Below, piece after piece: positions 41,633-53,100 of a stretch of DNA of 64,000 nt (positions are counted from its first letter, which is position 1; each line of letters starts with the position of its first letter). The DNA is from Clostridiales bacterium. GTDB lineage: Bacteria; Bacillota; Clostridia; Saccharofermentanales; Saccharofermentanaceae. The DNA lies in contig JAFVAY010000014.1 in NCBI GenBank assembly GCA_017480325.1, positions 2,498 through 66,497 of the forward strand, read 5' to 3'. A program made the translations under genes and the position numbers. The notes below the pieces were generated by a model. That model did not search any database. It was not told the DNA's origin and was given only the letters and a program-made list of their open reading frames with translations.

Positions 41633-42829
41633 TTACGAGCCCGCACCGATAGTCGAGTAGGACTGATAGATCGGCTGAATGATCGCGATCATGATGAAGC
41701 CTACGGCCGCAGCCATTACGACGATCATTACAGGCTCAATATATGAGGTCAGACGCAGGAGTGCCTGCTCTGAGTAGAAATCAAGATCATTGGCAACAGA
41801 CTCCAGCATGGGTCCTAACATACCGGTCTCCTCACCTACCTTAATGGTGGATGGAAGCTTGCTTACGAAGCCGTCAACATTCTGGATGGCGGAGGATACC
41901 GAGGATCCGCCGGATACCTGACGCTCCACCTCGTCGAACTGAGACTCGATGTACTTGTTTCCGATAGTGCTTCTGGCTATATGAATACAGCTGTAGATCG
42001 GGATACCCGAGGAATAAAGAGAGCTCATGGTTCGGGCAAATCTCGCTGAGTATATGACCTTCGTCAGCTTTCCCCATTTTCCCTTAGTCTTGATCTTATC
42101 GAGGTAATACGCCACAACAGGGATCTTCTTGATGATCCTTCCGAAGATAACTGCCAGTACGACGATGACTGCCAGCACATACCACTTGGTAGCGACGAAG
42201 TTCGATATACCCATAAGAATGCGGGTCGCGATAGGAAGTGACGGCATGGTAGAGAACATCTCCTCGAACTGAGGGAGTACATAACCGAATAGGATCGCGA
42301 CTACCGCGACGATAAGAACACTTAAGATCTTAGGATATGTAAGTGAATTCTTGGCGGTCTGCTCGAGCTGAGCATCGCGCGTATACATCTCCGCGAGCCT
42401 TAAGCAGGTGGAATCCATAGTACCTGAGGTCTCGGCGGCTCTTATCATGAAGGTAAGAAGCGGAGGGAATGCAGGATCCAGCTCCTCCATAACATTCGAG
42501 AGTGCTACACCCTGAACAATACGGTCACGAAGGCGTATATAAAGCTGTCTCTCGTAGGGAGTTATGGATTCGTCGTTGGCGACGATCTCCAGTGCCTTTA
42601 CGAGGGTAACACCGGACTTAGTTAGAGTTCCGAGCTGACGGCAGAAATCCGCGAGCTGCATCTTCTTTAGAGGCTTCAACGCCATCTGCTTCGACACAGG
42701 AGTCGCCTCAAGCAGAAGCAGTCCCGAGTCGTGGAAACGTCTCTGCAGATCGGTCTCGTCAGAGGCTTCGGCCTTGCCCTTTACGATCTTGCCCTTGCTG
42801 TCTTGTGCCCGATATTTATATTCCGGCAT
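41633..42829 (-). CDS. pilC: Type IV pilus platform protein (PilC/GspF)
   Basis: YKYRAQDSKG, FCRQLGTL, AETSG, LTYP, GEETG and IEP motifs. Confidence 0.92.
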   Translation of the reverse strand: MPEYKYRAQDSKGKIVKGKAEASDETDLQRRFHDSGLLLLEATPVSKQMALKPLKKMQLADFCRQLGTLTKSGVTLVKALEIVANDESITPYERQLYIRLRDRIVQGVALSNVMEELDPAFPPLLTFMIRAAETSGTMDSTCLRLAEMYTRDAQLEQTAKNSLTYPKILSVLIVAVVAILFGYVLPQFEEMFSTMPSLPIATRILMGISNFVATKWYVLAVIVVLAVIFGRIIKKIPVVAYYLDKIKTKGKWGKLTKVIYSARFARTMSSLYSSGIPIYSCIHIARSTIGNKYIESQFDEVERQVSGGSSVSSAIQNVDGFVSKLPSTIKVGEETGMLGPMLESVANDLDFYSEQALLRLTSYIEPVMIVVMAAAVGFIMIAIIQPIYQSYSTIGAGS

Positions 42830-42858
42830 CCGCGCGTCCTTCCTTCTTCTTTAATTGC

Positions 42859-43353
42859 TTACTCAGCTTCGTATCTTAATATCTCGAAGGAGTAGTAGAC
42901 ACTGAAGTCGCCCTCTACTCCCGAGGATACATTATTACTTGATCCATAGTCTGTGTAGATCACCCTGTACAGACCCTTACGGTACTCGAACTGCAGAGGA
43001 GCATTATTGGCCTCGTCCCATGAATACAGGATAACGTCACCGGTCCTCGTGGAGATCTCAGCCACCTTATCGGCAGCCCCGTCAGCGAGCCCGTTCAGCG
43101 CCCCGGGATCGTAGATGGACTGCATACCGCCATAGTATTCAGTCCCCACCACACGAAGCGCCCTTCTTATATCACGGGCCTCCTTATAGGCTTGCCTGGC
43201 ACCCGCATCAGCGATCGCCCAGATCGACAGGATCGACAGACAGATCAGAGTGACAGCCGTAATAAGCACGATACGCAGTATATCCGCTGCGCCGCTCCTT
43301 CTATAGAACTGTGTACCCTCAACGTACACCTCATTCGGCTTATTCTCTGCCAC
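42859..43353 (-). CDS. Single-TM protein, possibly a non-canonical minor pilin
   Basis: RRSG followed by a hydrophobic helix and an amphipathic helix; first gene of the pilus operon; GTG start after GGAGG. Confidence 0.55.
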   Translation of the reverse strand: MAENKPNEVYVEGTQFYRRSGAADILRIVLITAVTLICLSILSIWAIADAGARQAYKEARDIRRALRVVGTEYYGGMQSIYDPGALNGLADGAADKVAEISTRTGDVILYSWDEANNAPLQFEYRKGLYRVIYTDYGSSNNVSSGVEGDFSVYYSFEILRYEAE

Positions 43354-43412
43354 GCTTCCTCCCACAGTCCGCAGCCCGCACCCTATAAAAAGGGCAGACT
43401 ACCAATATTTTT

Positions 43413-43481
43413 AATATAAACACGCGTATTAAGAGAGTCAAATAAATTTATTGTTAAAAAGATGTCGATAGTGTTACGTAG
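43413..43481 (-). promoter_or_regulatory. Sigma-A promoter of the pilus machinery operon with conserved upstream element
   Basis: TTGACT-N17-TATATT; the upstream 40 bp is conserved with 57422-57490. Confidence 0.75.
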
Positions 43482-43484
43482 AAA

Positions 43485-44108
43485 TCAAAGGATACTATTG
43501 ATATCGTCGACCCATGCAGCGTCAGGAGACGATAGGCAATTCATCACGTAATCAAAGTTAGTACTGTTGGGCTCATTGTCATCTGATGACAGCTTACCGA
43601 TACGCTGAAGCATCAACAGATAATTCTCCTTGTTTATCTTCGACATCAAGGCTCTCCGTTGTTCGGTCTTTGCACTGTAATCCCATATTCCGGTACATTC
43701 AGCTATCAAATTGGCATTAGAACCCTTGGCTGGGGATTTCAATTTATAATCTCCCCAGTGTTCGATTATGATCTGCATAGTACATGGATTTCCGAAAACA
43801 ACTACTTTACTGCTTGCCTCGTCTGAACCATGGAATCTGTTGATCTTATCCTTGATCTCGGTGTATCTCGTATAGGGTGGCTTATCCGTATCGCAGAATA
43901 CTAATACCAGTTCATACATACCATTCTGATATTTGTCCTGATATCTTGCAGGTAAGTTCCCATTTCCTTTGGCATCTACCAGATCTACTCTGTATATCTC
44001 ATCCCAGAGATTAAGCTCCTTAAGTCGAGATAAATAATCATATTCCTCGGAGCCTTCACAAATTATACAAATAGGAATCTCGTATTTTATTGTTGGTCTT
44101 CTACTCAT
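43485..44108 (-). CDS. RloB-like protein
   Basis: ICEGSEEYDY, VFCDTD and NPC motifs; immediately downstream of an AAA_21 ATPase. Confidence 0.75.
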   Translation of the reverse strand: MSRRPTIKYEIPICIICEGSEEYDYLSRLKELNLWDEIYRVDLVDAKGNGNLPARYQDKYQNGMYELVLVFCDTDKPPYTRYTEIKDKINRFHGSDEASSKVVVFGNPCTMQIIIEHWGDYKLKSPAKGSNANLIAECTGIWDYSAKTEQRRALMSKINKENYLLMLQRIGKLSSDDNEPNSTNFDYVMNCLSSPDAAWVDDINSIL

Positions 44109-44111
44109 TTC

Positions 44112-45374
44112 CTACCTCATATTGCTAATCTCGATCAAGGAATTAATCAGTTCAGGTTCAGGCAATGCCCCCAGTGCACCACGTCTGTATTTTTCAATTA
44201 TATCGGTAGTATCGCGAACTCCATCTTGGGCAGTAAAATCAGCTAGCGAGTATACATATACTCCTGCATTATCCTTACTGACAAACCATATCTGCTCTTT
44301 TCTGAACAGTCTTTTACAATCCATGAGACTAACGTCATGCACTGTAACTATCAGCTGGGCGCCAATATTCAATTCATTATTAAACATCGAGACTATGGCT
44401 CTGGTTAATTGAAAATGTATACTGCTGTCAAGTTCATCGACGATAAGTATCCTCCCTGACTCTAGTGCTTCGATAATATAGCTTGCAAGTGCAGCTATTT
44501 TCTTTGTACCGGTAGAATCATAAAACAAGCTCGGAACCGGCCTGCCTCGATATACACTGGTCAATCTTATCTGGTCAACCAGCTGATTAGGTATATTCAA
44601 TACATTTTCCTGCGGTTCCATTCCGGACATAGATGATTCGAACTTCAATTGTTCAGGTGAAGCATAAAAGTAATCGTCCATATAAAGATCGGCATTCTTG
44701 ATAAACTCGACTATTCTATTCGATAACACACTCTTCTGCTTTAACAGACCAATAGTTTTATCAATAGGAATATTATTTAAATCAACAAAGTCTATTTTTG
44801 ATGCAATGCCTAACAAAATACGTTTCATCTCATGTAAATGTTCAAACTGAGACGTATCGATCAGGTACATAATAATATTGTTTCTGGAGACTATGTTAAA
44901 CATCGCTTCCAGCTTGCCATCAATAGAATTAGATTTATCCTTGTCAGGATCTTTGATTAACCAAGTGACACTTTTCTCATTGCCATAGTTATCCTTAAAA
45001 ATCTCGGCAAAATGTTCATAAGTATATTCTTGTTTCTGAACGTCAAACTTAAAGTCATAACTGAATTCTCTGCCTTCAAATATGAACGTAATACCCAGTT
45101 CGACCAATGCATCATCGCTAAAAATATTCTTATTACTAATGAAGCCCCTATTCATGATGACACTCCATATTGTCTGGATGCATCTAATCAGATTTGTCTT
45201 CCCCGAATTATTCGGCCCATATATGCAGGCTGTTTTGAGCACATTAAAATTCCCCATCTGATTTACATTTGAGGAAAGCCGTTTATTTCTCATGTCAGCC
45301 TTAAGAGAAAAAATAATCTGCTCAGTAAAAGCATTACAATTCTTGGCGCGTATCTCGGTAATCATGATATTCAC
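44112..45374 (-). CDS. AAA_21/AbiEii-like ATPase (RloA-like)
   Basis: YGPNNSGKTN, STGTKK, IVDELDSSIH, QLIVTVH, EQIWFV and YRRGALGALP motifs. Confidence 0.85.
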   Translation of the reverse strand: MNIMITEIRAKNCNAFTEQIIFSLKADMRNKRLSSNVNQMGNFNVLKTACIYGPNNSGKTNLIRCIQTIWSVIMNRGFISNKNIFSDDALVELGITFIFEGREFSYDFKFDVQKQEYTYEHFAEIFKDNYGNEKSVTWLIKDPDKDKSNSIDGKLEAMFNIVSRNNIIMYLIDTSQFEHLHEMKRILLGIASKIDFVDLNNIPIDKTIGLLKQKSVLSNRIVEFIKNADLYMDDYFYASPEQLKFESSMSGMEPQENVLNIPNQLVDQIRLTSVYRGRPVPSLFYDSTGTKKIAALASYIIEALESGRILIVDELDSSIHFQLTRAIVSMFNNELNIGAQLIVTVHDVSLMDCKRLFRKEQIWFVSKDNAGVYVYSLADFTAQDGVRDTTDIIEKYRRGALGALPEPELINSLIEISNMR

Positions 45375-45454
45375 CTCATCATCTGGTTGCTATCATATTA
45401 CCACCTCTTAATTTTTTGTGCAATAATTTTTCACGAATAATCAGATCAATTGGA

Positions 45455-47023
45455 TCACTCGACCTCAAAGCCGGAAAGCATCCTTGTTGACGAGTCAAAC
45501 GAGACACCTATTTTATATAGCTTTCTGGAATCCGCTACAAATGGCAGTGCATAGTCATTACTATTAATCTGAGCCAGAGCTGAAGCCGCTGTAACATCTC
45601 TTTTAAATTCGAAAAGATAAATATACTTCTCCGTCAGAACTTGACAATCTATACGACCGGTATACGTATGCATCTCGCATTGTACAAATTTACCGAGGAG
45701 AGTAAATACAAGGTAAATTACAGCCTGAAAGTAATGCTCGAACGGATCTGTTTCCAACGTGTATGTAATATTAGCAAATAAAGCTGTAAGAACATCTTTA
45801 ATCTTCTCAAGGTTACCGTCTTCGATATATTCATCTATAGTAAAAATATCCAGCCCGTTGCCTGCCGTAGTCTTAGGAACATAAAGCGGCATAAGACTGT
45901 CAAGAAATCCGTACTCGATCTCCTCGTTAGGGAAGCCCAACGTATATCTTCTTCTGGAACTATCATAATCAACTATCGTAAGATACCCTGTCTGATACAA
46001 CAACGGTACAGAATCACTTCCGTCACCGGTATATTCCTTTAAGGTTGACTCACCGACATATAACGTTCTATCAGTAAAGCTTCTTATATCGAAATGATTT
46101 TTCTTTATCTGTTCAACAAGAAAGGTCGGCGTCCCGGTCTCAAACCAATAAGAACCGAATTCTTTATTAGCGAATGAATTCAACAAGCTGTACGGATTAT
46201 AGACATCGACCCCATTCGGATGGAATCTATAGCCGTCATATGTCTTCTTTAATCGTTCTACACACTCATTTATAGTAAGTCCGTGCTCATCAGCAAGATG
46301 AGATATTTCTTCTTCGTAATACTTCTTAAGCTCGTCCCCAGTAATTCCGCATAATCCGGAATACTTCTTCGTAAGAGATATATCTATCAGCTGATTCAGA
46401 TCACTGAAAATACTGACTTTATGAAACTTAGAGACACCTGTAATAAATACAAATTGAATATATTCGTCAAAGCTCTTAAGAACACCGAAGAAACCTTTGA
46501 AGACAGCTTTGTTGTGTTCCTGTAGTTTCTCACTATCTATGACATCCATTAACGGCTTGTCATATTCATCGACCAATACAACACAACGAAGCCCGGTAAG
46601 TTCACGAGCTTTGATCAACAAATTCTGAAAGCGCTCACTTAATGAATAGGCATTTGCTTCACACTCATATAATGATTCCCATCTTCGAAGATGTGTATCG
46701 ATAGCATCCTCTAAGGCTCCGGTATTCTGATAATTAACCCCATTAAAATCAAAGTAAAAAACCGGATAAGCTTTCCACGCATCAGCGTTATCTTCTTCAA
46801 GTCTCTTTATAGCCAACCCTTCGAAAAGATCCTTCTTCCCTTCCCAATAGGCTTTCAATGTTGACAGCAGAAGACTCTTCCCGAATCTTCGGGGTCTGAT
46901 AAGAAAATAAGGTTTCCCATCATGAACAAGATTATATATGTAATCCGTTTTGTCTACGTAGATATAGTCGTCTCGACGCAGACCTTCGAATCCCTGTATC
47001 CCTACAGAAAGCTTTCTTGCCAT
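45455..47023 (-). CDS. AAA-ATPase-like protein with C-terminal PD-(D/E)XK nuclease (DUF1703-type)
   Basis: YVDKT, RPRRFGKSL, LVDEYDKP, YDGY, YNPYS and GRID...FEFK motifs. Confidence 0.9.
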   Translation of the reverse strand: MARKLSVGIQGFEGLRRDDYIYVDKTDYIYNLVHDGKPYFLIRPRRFGKSLLLSTLKAYWEGKKDLFEGLAIKRLEEDNADAWKAYPVFYFDFNGVNYQNTGALEDAIDTHLRRWESLYECEANAYSLSERFQNLLIKARELTGLRCVVLVDEYDKPLMDVIDSEKLQEHNKAVFKGFFGVLKSFDEYIQFVFITGVSKFHKVSIFSDLNQLIDISLTKKYSGLCGITGDELKKYYEEEISHLADEHGLTINECVERLKKTYDGYRFHPNGVDVYNPYSLLNSFANKEFGSYWFETGTPTFLVEQIKKNHFDIRSFTDRTLYVGESTLKEYTGDGSDSVPLLYQTGYLTIVDYDSSRRRYTLGFPNEEIEYGFLDSLMPLYVPKTTAGNGLDIFTIDEYIEDGNLEKIKDVLTALFANITYTLETDPFEHYFQAVIYLVFTLLGKFVQCEMHTYTGRIDCQVLTEKYIYLFEFKRDVTAASALAQINSNDYALPFVADSRKLYKIGVSFDSSTRMLSGFEVE

Positions 47024-47099
47024 CCGGAATCCCCTTTCCATGTTTTATATATACATGAACTTTAACACACGATACTTAAGAACACCTAATTAACATATT

Positions 47100-47127
47100 C
47101 GGGCCGCCTCACTCTCGAGACAGCCCG
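47100..47127 (-). terminator. Hairpin after the giant pilin gene
   Basis: Minus strand CGGGCTGTCTC-GAGAGT-GAGGCGGCCCG, 10 bp after the stop; weak U tract. Confidence 0.55.
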
Positions 47128-47136
47128 GTGTAGATA

Positions 47137-50100
47137 TTAATCTGTTGTGTTGTCTGGTTCTGTACTAGGATCTGGAGTAGATTCATCAGAAGCAGGGAGT
47201 GCATCTGTAGGTTGTTGCTCGCCACCACCAGTCTCGTTATCGGTATCTCCCCCGTTACCATCGTCTTCGGGATCAGGATCTACAACCTCAATTAATGTCC
47301 ATTGTGCAATATAGGTAATATCATCTTCGACAGTTGCGAGAGGATCATATTGTGTTCCGTCAGATGTAGCCCACCCGTTAAAGGTGTATCCGTCTCTCGA
47401 TGGATCAGCAGGAGATGCTACTGTCTGACCAATTGCTACAAACGTAGAGTATGCCTCATCTCCATTAGCAAAATCAAAGGTTACCGTCGGCTGCCACCAT
47501 ATAGGATAGAGATTGATATTACCCGTAAGCTCGGTCGAAGTGAATTCGAACGGAATCGTTCCGCCCTGCGTCTCAGACCACCCATCGAACCTATATCCAT
47601 CTCTGGGCAAAGGCACTGGAGCTGTTATTAATCCATTACTATCTGCCATCACAGTTGAACTACTACCTTCATCATAGCTGAATGTCGCCGTGTAACGAAT
47701 TTCAAACGTTAATCTTATAGGCGATTCAGGATCGGTAGCGAAATTACCTGTTCCTATGACATCAATATATGCTGATCCCGCAGCACCGTTATCATGGTAT
47801 TCCAACGTGTAATCATCAACGACAACAAGTGTTGTGTTGTTGAATGTTACCGTAACTCCCGGAGTTACAGCAGGGCTTGTATAAGGATATACTGCAACAT
47901 CCGAATCCTCCGGAAGAATCAGAGATACCATATCAGCAGTTATAGCAGCAGGCTTGATTACAAATGGTATTCTAATGGTTCCAGTGCAGTCATGTATTCC
48001 GGTAATAACAATGTAGCCTGTGCCAGCATTGGTGTTATTCTCATATGTAACATCAAAATCTGTTAAAGGTATATTGACGTTTTTCTTAGTACTGCTGTTA
48101 TAATACGTAGCCGTAAATGTTGGCTCGATAACTTCTCCTGTGTAATAAATATCATCCACATTATTAATAGTAATCGTTATTATTCCATCCTGATAATCAT
48201 TCTCAAGATTAACCGGATTTATCTGGAAAGTCTGATCAGAATTTGTAACTTCTCCGCTATAACCGCCTGTAACAGATCCAACCACTCTATACGAAGCCGT
48301 TCCTGCGTGTGTATTGTCAGAATACATTACGCGATAGTCATACTGTGTAAGTGTAGTGCTTACACCAGTGTCAGGGTCGATATAAATTACTGTAAACGAA
48401 GTTATTGGCAACGTAAATCCATTACTCTCTCCATAACGGAAATTAACACTCTGAATACTTGAAGTTACAGCTGTATTATCATTGTTCAATACGGTTATTA
48501 CGTCAGCTGTCTCATAAATCGGCCAATCGCCAATATGCTCTCCGAAATAAGATTGTGTACCATCATTCAGAGGGTAGCTTATATATGTTCTATACGGGAA
48601 ATTATTAGCGTACTGTGCCAATTCTGAATCAAAAGGCACAGCATTATATGAGCTCTGCCTCTGAACTCTGATATAGTGGCCGCCCCATTCCCGTAAACTA
48701 AACTCAGACCAACATAATCTGCTATCAGGAATATCAGCATCAGAGATGTTTCCAACCCTATTCATACTAGGATTAGAATCACGTAAAACCTTGTTTCCGT
48801 CATTTGGAGAATGAATAGTATTAACACTGGGATTATCTTGGAAAAGATTAATCGCATTATCACCTTCAATATATCCTGCAAAAGCACCGCACCACTGATC
48901 TACATTTGGATCAGTGTTTATAGATACCAGACCGGTACAATATGCCTTTTTAAATACGTTAGCTTTATTGTTGGAAACACATCCCACAAAACCACCGATA
49001 TAATTGTTTCCTCGTACAGAAGCGGTTGAATAACACTCTTTTAATTCAGATACATCAGCACCAATAAACCCTGCAAAACCACCAACATAATTATTTCCAG
49101 TTATATTCGCATTATCAGGATCATAGCTACCACCATTAATCGTATGTCCGCTGGAATATGAACTAGTTATACTTCCGCCGTCCATTCTGCCTACAAAACC
49201 GCCAACATAATCAGAACCTGAAACAATAGCAGTAGAATAACTTCTTGTTATAGTCCCCCTCATCATTCGACCTACTATACCTCCAACTGGAGAGCTTAAA
49301 GAACAAACAGCTACATGGGAATGATCGCAATAAACAGAAACATATGGCTCTGTATTAGAAGTAACTCCGGTGTTAATACTAGGGCTGTTTGAACTCGTTC
49401 CGACTCTTCCAAAGGCTCCTCCGACACCACAAGCAACACTATCATCGGTATTGACACCACCTGCAAAAACCATACTTGTCTCATCAATTACAACACGGAT
49501 TATGCCATTTTTAATAGTTCCACCTTGTAGATGCCCAATCGCACCACCAACATCAATACAATCGTATTCGTCGCTGTTACCCCAAACATCTCCGATATAA
49601 GTCCCGTTATTAAACTCAAGATTTATTCCACCACTAAGTGTTCCGCCACTCATATATCCGATTGCGCCGCCAACGCGCTCGTGCCCTGTAACATATGAAT
49701 TCTCAAACGTCTCAGTTATACCATCATTAACGGTTCCACCGCTCATATAGCCGATTGCACCACCGACCCCACTGTAGCCATTAATACCATAATCACTATA
49801 TTCAAGAATCAATCCATCATTAACCGTTCCGCCGCTTATTCTTCCTATAGCACCACCGAGATACTGCGAGTTGTCTTCACCATCAATAGAACCGCCCAAC
49901 ATAATGTAAATATGATTTACAGTGCCGTTATCAATCCTTCCGATAACTCCACCTATACTTTGTGCATTTGAATTACCATGTACTTTTCCAGTATCCGTTA
50001 ATATAGCACTAACACTGTTGGTAACTTTATCTTTATTGTTTATATAGCCTATAACGCCACCAACATTCTCATGTCCGACAACAGAACCTATCACAGTAGC

Positions 50101-53100
50101 ATTTATCTCTCCAAAGATGTTTCCGTTATTTCTGCCAATAACTCCACCTATTCCATTTCCACTACCATTAATAGTGCCATGAACTTCAAAAATTATATTT
50201 CCGTTTATACTTCCATTATCGTTTAATCCAATTACTCCACCAACATTATTTACACCAGAAATAGAACTATCATTATCTATGGTAACAAAAAGTCCGTAAA
50301 CCTCAGCATTGTTATTTCCAATAGCGCCTCCGATATTTTGCTCGGTCCCACTTATAGTTGCATTATTCAATACAACCGTAATATTACCGTTTATCTGGCC
50401 TTCGTTATTTCCAACAGCACCACCTATTCTTCTAGAACCTTGTATTGTTCCGTTGACGTTTGAGGTAAGACTAACACTATCACCTATAGACATACTGTTT
50501 CTTCCCATTATGCCTCCAGCATTCTGTCCACCTTTAACCGTTCCATTGATAGTAGCAGTAATGTCTTTATCAATGGTTCCGTTATTGATACCTATAACAC
50601 CGCCTGCATTAATACTTGTTGCATAAATCGTACCATATATAGTTACATCTAAAGGATATGACAACGTTCCGGCATTATTACCGATTATTCCGCCTACCGC
50701 TTGACTGCCTTTGACCATCCCCGATGATACAAGCGAAACCGTCATATTTGAAACAGAGGCCGTACTCATGCCAATGACGCCACCAATATCAGTACCACCC
50801 GTTACTGTTCCATTTATCGTAGTCGCAATCGTTACTGTGCTCCCAATAGATTTTGTGTTTTGTCCAATCGCACCACCAACAGTATTCCCGCCTTGTACCG
50901 TCCCCACTATCGTCGCAGTAAGAGAATCATTGATCGTGCCGTTATTGGTACCAATAATTCCGCCTGTTCCACTGCCTGACCCTTTTATTGTTCCATCTAT
51001 AGTAATGTTTAAAGAATGTTCTAGTGTTCCATTGTTATACCCAATCATTCCGCCTACAGAATTCCTGCCGGATATTCTCTCACCTGAACTCATCGTTACC
51101 GTGATATTAGAGACAGAACCATTATTTCTTCCTACTGCACCACCAACATTATCTGTATTATTAGCTCCAATTACTTTTCCTGTAGTAGTAATAACGGCTG
51201 TAAGATCTACCGATATTGTTCCGTTGTTTGTGCCTATCACACCACCAACATCACTTCCGTTATTTCCCTTTATGTTACCGGTAATGGTTATAGCAAGAGG
51301 GGTATTTAAAGCACCATCATTGCAACCAATCATTCCACCCACAGAATTCTTTCCGACTATTCTGTCGTTGTTACCCATAGTTACTGTAATAACAGCATTA
51401 ATAGAACCGTTTCTATCGTTCCTTCCTATTGCTCCACCGACATTGCTATCGCCACCCTCTACCTTTCCATTTATGATGGCAGTAAGGCCGACACTTATAC
51501 TTCCGTTATTTGTACCAATGACTCCACCTACATCATTTCCGGTACCTTTTATCGTAGTCGTAATGGTTATTGATAAATCGGTAGTCAGTGTTCCATCATT
51601 ATCATTCAATCCAATTAATCCACCGACTGAATTCTTTCCTTTTATCTTCTCGCCACTATTACTTGTAGTTACTGCTATAGTCGCAACGGAACCATTATTT
51701 CTACCTATAGCTCCGCCAACATTATTCTCGCCACCTTCAACTCTTCCATTTGTTATGTTAGCAGCAAGACTCACTCCTATACTTCCGGTATTTGTACCTA
51801 TAACTCCGCCTACATCATTGCCAGCACCTATAATATTTCCAACTACTGTTATCGATAAATCAGATGTTAACGTGCCACTATTATTACCAATCATTCCTCC
51901 TACAGAATTGTTTCCTTTTATTCTGTCCCCACCATTCATAGTGACACTAATAACTGAAACGGAATTCTCATTCTTGCCTATTGCACCACCAACATTGCTC
52001 CCGCCGTTTATCAGAGCATTAACAGTTGTTTTAATCTGCTTATTTATCGGAACACAATTAAGTCCAATAACACCACCAACATTTTGAGATGTGCCACTAA
52101 TACCATTACCCTTGATTGTTGAGGTAAGCTCATAATCAATAGTTTTATTGTTCCTACCAATTACTCCACCCGTATTCTCTTTACCTTCTATATATCCGTT
52201 TATTGTAATGGTAAGGTTTCCATTTACGACACCTTCACTATTACCGATTACTCCACCAACATTGCTACCTGTCGCTTCTATTCTTCCGTCAACAGTAATA
52301 GTTAAAGCAGTATTCAAAGTACCGGAGCTTTCGTTATAACCAATAACTCCGCCTACAGAATGTCTTCCGGTAATCTTTCCGGAAGCCTTGAAGGTGTATT
52401 GAATCGAATTAATTGTTGACTTGTTATCACCAATCACACCTCCAACATTATCTCCAGAGTTCTCTCCAATACCATTTACAGAACCGGTTCCGTTGATAGT
52501 CAAAACGGTTTGACCATAAACAACTGCATTATTTGTACCAATAATGCCACCGACATTACCGGTGCCATTAACGCTGCCACTTATTGTAGAAGATACCTTC
52601 CCGTTAACAATTCCGTTGTTATAACCTATAACTCCACCAACATTACTTCCATTACCAACTACGCTACAATCATTATTAATAGTCGTAGTTATAAAATTCG
52701 ATGTATTATTATTGCCCAGATAAGAATCGTTATACCCTATCGCACCACCAACGTTTGAATACCCCTGTATTTCTCCAGATGAACTAACAGTAATCTGATT
52801 ATTGAACAGAACTCTGGAGCCATTCTTCAAGGCAACTTTTCCGATTGCACCTCCGACATTATCCCCTTCCGCATTAATACTGGTAGATCCCATATCTGCT
52901 GTTATAGAAGGAACATAATATGTCTGCGTTGTTGTTCCATCTATCAAACCTATTACGCCACCTGTGTTGGCATCGCCAGAACTAATAGTTGAGGTAATTG
53001 AATACTCTGCACCAGTGAAATTAACTGCAACAGATGAGTTGTTCGAATTATTGTTGTTATTAACAGGATAAATGTTATTAAAATGACCTACGGCACCTCC

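Noticed and set aside
50711-52087. 458-aa + strand ORF rich in PIAPP/PITPP
   Set aside because: Reverse-complement shadow of the GGxIG repeats in the giant pilin gene.
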